From Octopus sinensis (Eukaryota), in assembly GCF_006345805.1 (NCBI RefSeq), contig NC_043021.1, positions 9,982,001-10,046,000 on the forward strand: 64,000 nucleotides of DNA, written 5' to 3'. Of the stretch, positions 12,236 to 23,987 are shown piece after piece. The notes beneath the pieces were generated by a model that saw only the letters and a list, made by a program, of their open reading frames with translations, made no database searches and had not been told where the DNA came from. The first letter of the stretch is position 1, and the number at the start of each line of letters is the position of its first letter. The position numbers and the translations under genes are program-made.

Positions 12236-14300
12236 ACCATTCCACCCATCTGAGTTAGCAGTGGCACCATCTTGTACATACAGAACTGAAGCCATCTCAG
12301 GGAGAAGGCTGCTTTTTTTTTTTTTCTCTCATGGTTAACACTCAGAACTTTCCTTCTGTTCTTGCTGCGTGTGCGCACACACTTAGAGACACACACACAC
12401 TTGTCTACCCCTCCCCATCCTTCCAGCCTGCTGTAACTCACACCCCCTTCTTCTCTACCTTTGCTCTTTGGTATCAGTTCTTCTCTGCCAGATACGTCCA
12501 CAAACCTGACAATTTTCTATGCAGTGTGTCTTTGCATATGCTGCATTAAAACCATTATATATATATTTTTTTCATGTTTTACAGGAAAAAAAAATTTACT
12601 TCCACATTTGTAAAACAATCCATTTGAACCCCAAACTTGCAGACCAGCCAAAAGAAGAAAAAAAAATCTCTCTGCCACACCCCTATTTTATTTTCTTTCA
12701 TTCTTATCTCTTTCCTTTATTTTACTCACGCACAGATTTAAAAAAAAAAATCTTCCATTATAGAAATCCTTCTGCTTTCTCTGCACCTTTCCCAGCCGGG
12801 GCTGATGAATTAGTTTATTAGAAATGTGACAAACTGTTTTAGTTTGCCTAAAATTTACACTAAAGATGAAGAAATTTGTAAACGAAAAAAGTCTTTTGGG
12901 TTAACTTCAATTTTATTTTTTATATAAGATTGAAAACAGATTTAAGTCTCCATGTAAAGTGTGAATGAAAAACATACATGCATGTAAAATATATGAGAGA
13001 AAAAAAATAATGTTCCAAAATATTTGTGATTTGAATTAGATTTAGAAAGTCTTTGTTGCAACATCAGTGGAAGACATTTTTGTTGTCTAACATCTCAGAA
13101 GTCAGCTTTATATATTATATAAATATCTTTTTGTACAATTAGCATTTTTTTTCTTTTTTCACTTTGTTGTCGAAAGTAATTTATCTTTGCAAAAGTAAAC
13201 TCTTTCTTTGTTGCTTAGCTGATGCATAAAAGTTCTTTACAAAAATAAATAAACCCTTAAAAACTTCAATACTAGACTAGGAAGGAAAGCATAACAAATG
13301 GAAAGGGATTTTTAATAGAATTGGTGGTGGTATTGTGGTGAAACCTTTATTTAATCTTAAATTGTGTGCTACGGAGAAGAAGGTCCTTACATAATGATTT
13401 AACTGGCTAAAACAGTTATTAAAAAAAGGAAAAGGACGCGACAACATACATAGTCTTAGTTGATTGTCCTGTGACTTTAGGAAGATTATTTTGGTGTTGT
13501 TGTTATTGGTGCAACAGTAGGAGCTATGGTGATTTGCTTGTGAAACACATAGATATCTGTTGTAAGGCACTGGAACAAGATTACTGCACCCACAACCAGC
13601 AAGAACCAATATTTGTCAGGTGCCTGTAATAAGAGAAGGAACAGTCATTTTCCACTAATGTTTGTGTGTGTGTGTGCGTGCGTGTGTGGATATTATAATT
13701 AAAAATACGAAGGTGGAAGTGGGTTGTATTATATTTAATTTGTTGCAATGGGGAAAAAAAAAATTTTTTTTTCTAAACTTCATTTTTTTTTTTAATTACA
13801 TTTGTTTCAATTTTTTTTTCCTCCCTCTCCACAAGATTTTTTATAATTCACAAAAATTACAAACTTGTTGATTATATATATATATACATTCATACAAAGA
13901 ACTGTCAGGAAAAGGTGATGAAGTACTACAGTAAATTGAAACATTCTATTAAAAGAGTATCAACGAAATTGGCAGAGCTCCTCAAGGACCCTGCTATCTT
14001 CTTTCATTTTATATTCTCTTTGCAAAAAACAGAAAAGGAACAAAAAAAAAAAGGAAAAAAATTTATTTCAGAAATACTCAAAAAAATGTCGGATATTTAC
14101 CAAGTCTCCACTTCTGTACCACCAAGCCTGCATTGAAGGTTTAAAAAAATTTTTTCAATTAATGACTTGTAAAAAGAAAATTGATAATTACAGTGAACAT
14201 TTTTAGATCAACATCTAACAAATTGTTATTTAGGATTTTCTTTTCAATATTGTTATAAACTTTTAAGATCAAAATAAATTGGGAAAAGTCTCTTCTTCTT
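12236..14300 (+). other. SF1: Probable SF1 3' UTR (~2 kb, transposon-free)
   Basis: Follows the stop codon; U/A-rich; none of the repeat families that saturate the rest of the window. AATAAA at 13244-13253 (two overlapping) and 14273-14278. Confidence 0.65.
14273..14278 (+). terminator. Candidate distal poly(A) signal of SF1
   Basis: AATAAA followed by a T-rich downstream element (cttcttcttattatttattttt); repeats resume ~100 bp later. Confidence 0.5.
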
Positions 14301-15484
14301 ATTATTTATTTTTGCAAATGACTTAAGTTTCCATAAATGATTTTTCAGGTGTGTCCAAGGACTTCTTTCATTAAAATGCCAATTAACATTTACTTGTTCA
14401 CCCTTTTAGCATTCAGATTACTCTGTCAAATGTAATGCATATTTATTCGGTATTTTGAATTAATCATGCAATGTTGTAATTGTCTATTTTGAGAAGGACA
14501 TAGTAACATAGGTGTGAGAAGCCAGATATGGCCAGTTTAATGAAACTAGTCTAAATTTACGGTTATTTTAGAATTTAATTGAAACTCATAAGGGGTGTAT
14601 TTTGGTTAGAAACATAGCCAAACTACTACGTTATGGGGATGTAGACAGACCACTAACAGACCATCTCAGAATAAATACGGTAACAAAAGGGTTAAATAAT
14701 AAACTGCAATATGGCGAGGGATTACTCATTTCTCTTTGTAAAATAGTAGAGTATGAAGGCTGGAACTTACCACAGCACATGCCACCAGGCTGCTCACTGA
14801 AAGAAAATAAAAACAAAGAAAACTGAATGTATGTGTTTGGTGGTGACTCGGTTAAATATAGCACAGGTATACTCTTTTTTTTTTTACTCTTTTTACTTGT
14901 TTCAGTCATTTGAATAAGTACTGGGCTTACAAAGAATAAGTTCCGGGGTCGAGTTGCTCGATTAAAGGCAGTGCTCCAGCATGGCTGCAGTCAAATGACT
15001 GAAACAAATAAAAGAGTAAGTAACATAGACCCAAGACAGAAAAGATGCCATGGTTTGCGGGAGTCTGGATGGGACTGGTCCTTGATCAACCGATGGTGGT
15101 GTGTTTACGTCCCCGTAGCATAGCGGTTCGGCAAAAGAGACCAATAGAGTAAGTCCTGGGGTCAATTTGCTTGACTAAAGGCGGTGCTCCAGCATGGCCA
15201 CAGTCAAATGACTGAAACAAGTAAAAGATTCATAGGGTTGTTTTTCCAGGTTTCAGTGCTGTATGTATATATATATATATATATATTCCTCACCTGGATA
15301 GGATGCCAATCCCTCACCGGGTTACTGCTGAGTAGACTGGAGCATCATGAAATGAAGTGTTTTGCTCAAGAACACAACATGTCGCCAGGTCCAGGAATTG
15401 AAACCACAATCTTACAATCAGGAGTCCAACACCTTAATCACTAATCGATGCACTTCTATGTAATGAATTATGAAGTATTAGATA

Positions 15485-15993
15485 CCGTAAATCCTTGAGT
15501 ATAATCTGCATTTTTTTTCCCCAAATTTAAAGGTCAAAATCCTTAGTGCGTACTATATACGAGGTTAAAATTGAAAAATATTTTCTAAGCAATGTCCGAG
15601 TCTCTATTTGCTGTCCAGCACAAAAATATCTTAAGCTAAGCCTGAAAGCAATGAAGTCATAAAAGAATCATCCATAACTTGCAGTAAGCAACATTTATTA
15701 AACGTTATTACTGTTATTTTTTATTTTCTGCAAACAAAATGCACGAAAAAGCTACACGTTTGCATTATGTTATATATACAAGAATAATTAATTCTTTTAT
15801 GTATATATACAATAATAATAAAGGACATTACCGTATACATTTTTACAAACCAAGGACGTTGTATAGACCTCCTTGACTCAAGTTAGAGAAGGGGTGCGTA
15901 TTATACACAAGGTTTAGGTTTTTCAGAGGTACAGCCCCCTAAAAATCCCCTGCGTATTATACTCAAGGGTGGACTATACTCAGAGATTTACTG
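15485..15993. mobile_element. Non-autonomous DNA transposon with TA target duplication (Tc1/pogo-like)
   Basis: ta|CCGTAAATCCTTGAGTATA...TATACTCAGAGATTTACTG|ta inverted termini. Confidence 0.7.
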
Positions 15994-16434
15994 TATATAA
16001 AAAGGCATGATGGTCTTTGTTAAATGCTTTTGGAGATAAGATCTACTGAATAGGACTAACTACTATACTTACTAACTAAATTGCAGGCAAGAAGATAGTC
16101 CGGAGATGAGTTTTCTCTGACATGACCTTGGACCAAACATATAAGGAATGATATCTGTAATAAAACAAAAATACAATGAAAAGAGGGTGATACAGAAGGC
16201 CAGAGCAACAATGGCTAAACTGAATGAAGGAGAGGGGGTAAAAAGTTGGAATGGTCATGACTGGAATAACTTTGATCGTAGGACTTGCAGGATAAAGTTT
16301 GAGGGCAACAACAAGGATAGGAAAGAAGATTCATAATCCAGACTAGGTTTGAGGAAGTTGAGCAGGCAGAGTTTAAGCATATGGGATCTGTATGTGAGAT
16401 AGCTTAGAAATGGATGGAGACACAGATGGATTAA

Positions 16435-16655
16435 CCCTTTTGTTACTGTGTTTATTTTGAGATACTCTCTGTTTATCTCAATTATTTTGGATGTAACAAA
16501 GAATTTAGTAAAATAACGTAGTTATCATTAAGCTAGTATTAGGAACATAATTTGTGACTAAGGTTTGGTGGAAGATTTTAATTCAGAACTTATGAAAACA
16601 AGACATTTGTACTACTGAACCAGAGCCAGTTTCAGCCGGGTTGGTAACAAAAGGG
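16435..16655. mobile_element. piggyBac-type MITE, same family, uninterrupted
   Basis: ttaa|CCCTTTTGTTAC...GTAACAAAAGGG|ctaa, 221 bp. Confidence 0.8.
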
Positions 16656-17630
16656 CTAAACAATGAGGGGAAAAGATGGTATATTGTTAATTGGGAGGAG
16701 TTGAGGTGGAAGAGACGGAGGAAACAAGGCGTCTTTGAGCCTGTGGTTGTAGCATGGTAGGGAGAAAGTTTACATTGATCATCTTGATGGTATGGCAGTT
16801 GGTTTCATTTTCATGTTTATTCACATGCAGTTCATGCCTCTATCATGTATGCAAACCCCGTTTTCAACCAATGAGAGTAATCGAGACCCCCTTCAGTCAA
16901 GACACTGACCATGGGATTGCACCTACAAAGGTTGTTTATGGAAGACCAGCAGTTGCCCATGCATACTGGCCTCCCCTCTCCATGCCACCAGTGTCATCCA
17001 AGGGAAAGGCAAAGACCGATACAGCTTGGCACCTGTGATGGCGCAACTCACTTCTACAGCTGAGCGAACTGGAGCAATGTGAAATAAAGTGTCTTGCTCA
17101 AGAACACAACATGCAGCCCGGTCCAGGAATCAAACTCACAACCTCATGATCGTAAGCTCGATGCTCTAACCACTGAGCCATGTGCCTTCACTACCAATGA
17201 GAGTGTACACATGATAATTCTAGAAAATTCTTCTAGTAATGGCTTTATAAGAAACTGAATTTGGCGCATTGTTTAAGAGAGAGTTTGGCTTACTTGCCAC
17301 AGTCATGACCACTCTGCCCTCAAGCTGTTCTAACAGCTTCATAGTCAACCCAGTGCAATACCACCTAATAGTTACCTTCACAGCTATAAACCAACTTGGA
17401 GATGATGAAGAATCAATGCCATATGTTTTTGCAGCAATGTGCCAACCAGTTAAATCATGAAGTTTTTAACTCCTGTAAATGTAATTTATATTCACCGTAT
17501 CAACCAGACTATCAGGTGTTGCTATACACCACTGAATGCCATATGGTTCTTCACATTGTTGTAGCTTTCAAATGAAGCCACCCTACTGGCTAGGAAAGCT
17601 GATCAACATTTCCCCTGAACAGAATGTCTG

Positions 17631-18530
17631 TCTGGTTGTCTCAGTGCTAGAGATGACAAGGATTTATCTCCCTGCTATCGGTATAAACAAGAGTTCATTT
17701 TTGCACCAAAAGCCAATATGGGAATTTCTCTCATGGTACCTACTACAGTATAGTTTGTTCTAACAGAACATCCAGCTTTAAGTCGGGATAAATATTATCT
17801 CTCAGTATTAGTACTACCTCTGTCGCTAATATATATTTTTAATCAGCTCACTGGCTAATTATGACACCAGCACCTGCCCTGGCACTGTTATTCTATATAT
17901 CACTGTGCCTCTAGCAGTCAAGTGTCCATCATTGATGAGACAACGGAAGACTGAAATCACGTGATCTGGTGTTTTCAGTGCTGGAGGTGGCCAGGGATTT
18001 ATCTCCCCACTAGTGATATAAACAAGTCCATTTTTGCACCAAATGCCAATATGAGAGATTCTCTCTTGGAATCTAAAACAGTATAATTTGTTCTAACAGA
18101 ACATCTGTGTTTAAGTGGAGATAAACATTACCTCTTCATATTAATACTTCCTCTGTCGCTGATAAATATTTTTTAACAAGCTTACTGGCTAATCATGACA
18201 TCAGCACTTGTTGTGGCAATGTTATCTTATATCCATCGCTAGCTGGGAAATGAATCACTGCTATCTCTAGTGGCTGAGTGTCCATCATTGATAAGACCAA
18301 GGAAGGTTGAAATCATGTGATCTGGTGATCTCAGTGCTGGAGGTGGCAGAGATTTATCTCTTCACTAGTGATATAAACAAGTCCATTTTTGCACCAAAAG
18401 CCAATATGAGAGTTTCTCTCGTGGTATCTACCACAGTATAGTTTGTTCTAATAGAACATCCACTTTCAAGTGGGAGTAAATATTACCTCTCGGTATTAAT
18501 ATTGCCTCTGTTGCTAATATATATCTTTTA
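17631..18530. repeat. Tandem triplication of a ~335-355 bp unit (starts 17631, 17965, 18321; third copy partial)
   Basis: Shared blocks gatttatctc, tttttgcaccaaa, gccaatatg, ttgttcta.cagaacat and ctggctaat recur at periods of 334 and 356 nt. Confidence 0.9.
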
Positions 18531-19001
18531 AGAATGTCAATCTGTTGCAGGGTTACCCTGTTTACAACCAAGTAGACTGGAGCAACAAGAGATGAAGTGG
18601 CTTCATTTGAAAGCTACAACAATAACTGGTCTAGGAATCAAAACCACAACCTTGGGATCACGAGTGCAACATCCTAACCGCTGGGCCATATGCCTTTCAG
18701 CATCTTTCAGTTTCTGTTTACCAAACCAAATCCATTCACAAGGCTTTGGTCAACCCAGGGCTATAGTTGAAAACACTTGCCCAAGATACCATGCTGTGGG
18801 ATCATATCTAGAACCATGAGGTGGGTAAGCAAATTTCTTACTACAGAGCCATACCTACACCTTCAGATATTTTATATCTTTGCGGTCTTTAGCAAATCAA
18901 TTAGGATTCAGTTAATGAAAGCATTATAAGGGTAGCAAGCTTTAAAGCACAGAGGTAAATGGAGCTTTAAAAAAGAAGCAATATAAGATTATTCAATTTA
19001 A

Positions 19002-19223
19002 CCCTTTGGCATTGAGACTACTCTGTCGAATGTAATGCTTATTTAATCGCATTGTTTTGACATAATCGTGCATTATCTTGTAGCTTTGAGAATTTCATGA
19101 TGTGATTGTTTATATCTTTGGAATGATATTTAGGGTAAGAGTGAAAATTTTGGATTTGGCTGGTGTGAACATAAAACAGACAGAACATTCAGGCTGGATA
19201 TGACCTGTTTAAATGCTAAAGGG
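19002..19223. mobile_element. piggyBac-type MITE, second family
   Basis: ttaa|CCCTTTGGCATT...AATGCTAAAGGG|ttaa; partial copies near 14400 and 45948. Confidence 0.8.
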
Positions 19224-19479
19224 TTAAACAATGTCACAATTATTTGTTGACAGAATAGAGGGAACATTCAGTTTATAATTAGAATAAAAAGAAAAGAAAT
19301 AAAACTTACAAAAACAACAATACCCACAAAACCATTGAAACATCTCACAAACAAAATCTGAAATAAGAAAAAAGAAAATAAAAGAATAAGAATTGTTTTA
19401 AACAGGCTCTGAAATAAAATAGGGTTAAAATAAAGTTATTGGACTATATGTTAACTTTGCTATACAGTAATGTCTTTAA

Positions 19480-19740
19480 TTGTGGAGGCGCGTGGCTTAG
19501 TGGTTAGGGTATCAGCATCATGATCGTAAAATTGTGGTTTTGATTCCTGGGCTGGGTGATGCGTTGTGTTCTTGAGCAAAACACTTCATTTCCCTTTGCT
19601 CCAGTCCACTCAGCTGGCAAAAATGAGTAACACTGCAATGGACTGGCGTCCCATCTAGCTGGAGAACACATATGCCATTGAAACTGGGAAACTGGGCCTA
19701 TGAGCCAGGCTAGGCTTTAAAAGGGCACATTCATTTATTT
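19480..19740 (+). mobile_element. tRNA-derived SINE family C (tgtggaggcgcgtggcttagtggttaggg...ccactcagctggcaaaaatgagta...)
   Basis: tRNA-like head; copies at 9455-9690, 10845-11130, 16745-17190(-), 21055-21385, 26095-26445(-), 42625-42925(-), 50515-50750(-), 55518-55815, 62379-62625(-). Confidence 0.85.
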
Positions 19741-20067
19741 TATTAATGTCTTTAATTAGTGTAGTTAATCCCATAGCTTGCTATGGTTTTCAAAGTTCTT
19801 CAACTCGCAAGTCAAAATAGGAAGAGACATGGAAGTTCTCCACTGACATCATCACTAGCATCATTTAATGTCTGTTTTCCATGCGGGCATGGGTTGGACA
19901 GTTTGACCAGTGCTGGTATTTAATTTATTGACCCCAAAAGGATGGAAGGCAAAGTCGACCTCGGCAGAATTTGAACTCAGAACGTAGCAGCAGATGAAAT
20001 ACCACTAAGCAATTCGCCTGGCATGCTAACAATACAGTAAGCTCACCACCTTAATAATAATAATAAA

Positions 20068-20245
20068 ATGAGAAAGCAACCATACTATGGGAGATGCCAA
20101 TACACATAGATAGGGAAAAATTAAGGCCAATAGGCCAGATATAGTTGTCAAAGATCATCAAGAAAAAAATGCTGTCTAATTGATGTATCAATACCAACAG
20201 ATGACATTTCTCTAAAAGAAATGGAGAAACTTTCAAAATACAAAT
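20068..20245 (+). mobile_element. R4/Dong/NeSL-type non-LTR element, restriction-like endonuclease fragment
   Basis: Frameshifted ILWxMPIHIDRxxKANRPDIVVKDHQEKxCxLIDVSIPTDDxISLKEMEKLSKYK (PD-(D/E)xK RLE signature), next to a (TAA)n run. Confidence 0.75.
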
Positions 20246-22509
20246 CCACTGTTGCCATGTAAGATGGCATGAAAAGGTGGATCTTAATTATATCTGAGAC
20301 ATCCAGCAGCTTGCTACAACCACCATAACCAGATTCAGAACGTCACCAATCCCAATGGGGCCTCTGGTGAAGTTGGGTGGTGTGGTCAAGTGCATGGGCC
20401 TTGTGATCACAACACATGGTCTACCCTAAACAAAATCATGCAACGGTCACGTTCGCCAACACTATACCTGATTTTCTCCCCTCCATACACACGCAAGCAT
20501 CTATCTGACTCATACACTGTTCACTTTCCAGATATTTGTACATTACTGTATATACTTTATACGCACTTTTGACAAGTTGTGGTGCACCTGAGCACTGTAT
20601 ACAATAATTTCATTATTATTTTATAAATACAGACCCCTCAGCTCCTGGTTAACCCTCATTGTGTAGATCTATGATTAGAGACTGTCCAACCATAACCAAG
20701 ACTAGACTACAGCTGAGAAAAATTTGGCTGCTATTTATAGCAGAGTTGAGTATTCATGGGCAAACTGCCTATGATGAGCCAGGTCTCAGGTGGCCTGCTT
20801 TTTGGAAAAGGTTACCCATGCCTGATGTAGAATCTTTGGCACACTGTTGTTTAGCTACAAGTTAACACTAATTAACCAGGCCAAACACATTTCAACCATG
20901 ACCATCTCAACATTGTTCAGATATAATGCATGTTGGACAACACACCAACAGCCCATTTTAAAGAAGGTGGTGTATTTAGAGAAATTTAGTTCCTATTTCT
21001 AGCAGATCAAGCAGCTACATAAAGGTACCTTTCTTTTCTTGAGATGTACATGTGAAGGCACATGGCTCAGTGGTTAGAGCGTCAAGCTTACAATCGCGAT
21101 GTTGTGAGTTGGAATCCTGGACCAGGCTGTGTGATGTGTTCTTGAGCAAGACACTTTATTTCACGTTGCTCCTGTTCACTCAGCTGTAGAAATGAGTTGC
21201 AACATCACTGGTGCCTAGCTGTATCAGCCTTTACCTTTCCCTTGGATAACACTGGTCACATGGAGAGGGGAGACTGGTATGCATGGGCAACTACTCGTCT
21301 TCCATAAACAACCTTGCCTGGACTTGTGCCTGGGAGGGTAACTTTCTAGGTGCAATCCCACGGTCAGTCATGACCGAAGGGGGTCTCAACAACATGTACT
21401 CGATGTAATTGATTAGCCCATTTCACCCAAAGTTTCTGACTGTGTCCATAGTGGAAATAATTATTAATTTTTTGATCAGTTTATTCAACAAAATGACACA
21501 GCTCAATTTCTGGTTTAAATAAGGGAACGAAGGTTATCCACTAATGTTAATAGACAGGTATGGTAGTGAGCTGTGGGCATTGAAAATAGGTCTGAAGAGA
21601 AATAAAAGATCTGTAAGAAGTTAGAATTTATAATGGAACTGTGTGCAGGGGAGACAACTGCATTTATAAAAACGATTTAACTCTCTTATATTTCTTATGA
21701 AATACACTACTTTTTTTTTTATCAATGATGAAGAACTTAGTAAAATAACTTTGTTGCTATAAAGCTGCTATTTTGAAGACAAATTAATGTGAAATTTTGA
21801 TACAAGGTTTTTTTTTTTTTAAAAAAAGACCACTTCTAAATAAGAAGTTTGTAACAAAACCAGGAACCAGGGTTGGTCTCAGGTGGGTTGGTATTAAAAA
21901 GGTGAATGGAAGAGGAGTCCTGGGGTGAAAGAGAGCAATTGTTTGTAGATGATAATTGTGGTTCATGGGTGAGGATTAGAAAGAAGTGGTAAAATAAGGC
22001 AGTGAGCTTGCAAAATCGTTAGCATGCCGGGCAAAATGCTAAGCGGTATTTCGTCTGCTGTTACGTTCTGAGTTCAAATTTTGCCTAGGTCAACTTTGCC
22101 TTTCATCCTTTCGGGTCGATGAATTAAGTATCAGTTACGCACTGGGGTTGATGTAATCGCCTTATTCCCTTAGTCTGTCCTTGTTTGTCCCCTCTATGTT
22201 TAGCCCCTTGAGGGCAATAAAGAAATAAGGAACATTAGGACACCGGGCAAAATGCTTAGCGGTATTTCGTCTGCAGTTACGTTCTGAGTTCAAATTTCGC
22301 CTAGGTCAATTTTGCCTTTCATCCTTTTGGGTCGATAAATTAAGTATCAGTTACGCGCTGGGGTTGATGTAATCGACCTAATTCCTTAGTCTGTCCTTGT
22401 TTGTCCCCTCTATGTTTAGCCCCTTGTGGGTAATAAAGAAATAAGTGGTAAATTCAGAGCTTACAATATTTGAGTTCATTGACAGAAGGGATTGAGAGAA
22501 ATAGTGAAA

Positions 22510-22897
22510 TCTTTATATATAAAAGTCAAGTTGTGTGTCTGTCTCCAACGATTTAGATTCCTAACTACTCCCACATTTTGCGTTGCAGTTTAACCAAAAC
22601 CGGGTACCTTATAGTCGTGATTCATATCGAGCCCTTCTGGGTATTAGCACACGTCTACGATGAGTCTACGATTTAAAAAGAAATTTACCATAATTTTTTT
22701 CCATTTTAATGCATTTTTTCGCTATTATATAAGGGAAGTAACTCTCTAAAAATGTCTACCATGAGTCAACGATTTAAAAAAAAATTTACCATAATTTTTT
22801 TTCCATTTTTAATGCATTTTTTTGCTATTTTTGGGCTATAACTCTCTAAAAATGCTTATATAGTTATTTCCCTTACAAACCCGAGCGATACTGCTAG
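22510..22897 (+). mobile_element. Non-autonomous Helitron-like element
   Basis: 5' TC(TTTATATATAAAA), 3' CTAG, inserted between A and T; internal ~70 bp tandem duplication. A second, 3'-truncated copy is at 56080-56339 (-). Confidence 0.7.
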
Positions 22898-23542
22898 TAG
22901 TTGTTAAAAGAATGAGTTGGATGGAGATGACTGACAACGATGGCAAAAATAATAATGATGATAATGGTAAGAAATGAGGGTGGCGACGATGATTATGTTG
23001 CTGTTGTGGCACAAGCAGTCAGCGCCATATTGGATGAGATCTCACGACAGCCATTACCATCTCAGAGACTGGAGCAAGACCTCACCTGCATCCATTTGCC
23101 ATGCGCGAGATCACAACAAGGCTCGTGATGGAAACTATATAAAAGGAAAACCGATTCAGACCTGTCTCTTCTTTGGCGCCACTACACAGCAGCGCTTTCT
23201 GAACACCCCACTGGCTGGAGGCAATTTGCACCTGCACTATCGGAGCTTAAGATGGTAGCTGAGAGTAGCACACTTCACCTTTCCTGTAAATAAACCAGAT
23301 GTAAATAGCATTTGTGGTTGAAGTCTTTTCTCTTCGCCTGCCGGAAGCCTGAACTTCATGAAGAACAAGAAGATGATGGAAGGAGATGATATTCTTCTGA
23401 TATCGTAAACCTTTCCTTCCATTATTAAATTACCAATGGTTATGATGATGATTTTCATGATAATTGTGTCTAATGCTGGTCCTTTGGGCCTCACTGAGGC
23501 GATGACAAATGTCCAAGACCTTTGGTGATATGCTGTGCTTAA

Positions 23543-23987
23543 CCCTTTTGTTACTGTATTTATTTTGAAATGCTCTGTGTTTCTTTCAATTAATTTTAAA
23601 TATAACAAAGAATTTAGTAAAATAACTTAGTTATCATTAACCCTTTCGTTACCAACCCAGCTGAAACCGGCTCAGGTTCTGAGTACAAATGTCTTGTTTT
23701 TATAAGTTTTGAATTAAAATCTTCCACCAAACCTTAGTCACAATTTATGTTCCTAACACTAGCTCAATGATAACTAAGTTATTTTACTAAATTCTTTGTT
23801 ATATTTTAAGTAATTGAAAGAAACAAAGAACATCTCAAAATAAATACAGTAACGAAAGGGTTAAGCTAGTGTTAGGAACATAAATTGTGACTAAGGTTTG
23901 GTGAAAGATTTTAATTCAAAACTTATGAAAACAAGATATTTGTACTCAGAGCCAGAGCCGGTTTCAGCCGGATTGGTAACGAAAGGG
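23543..23987. mobile_element. piggyBac-type MITE (~221 bp) with an inverted copy of the same family (23641-23860) nested at an internal TTAA
   Basis: CCCTTT(T/C)GTTAC...GTAACGAAAGGG TIRs; TTAA at 23539-42, 23637-40, 23861-64 and 23988-91. Confidence 0.85.

Noticed and set aside
11797-12295. Antisense and alternative-frame ORFs over SF1 Pro-rich exons (also 6850-7095)
   Set aside because: They are shadow ORFs of CCN-rich coding sequence.
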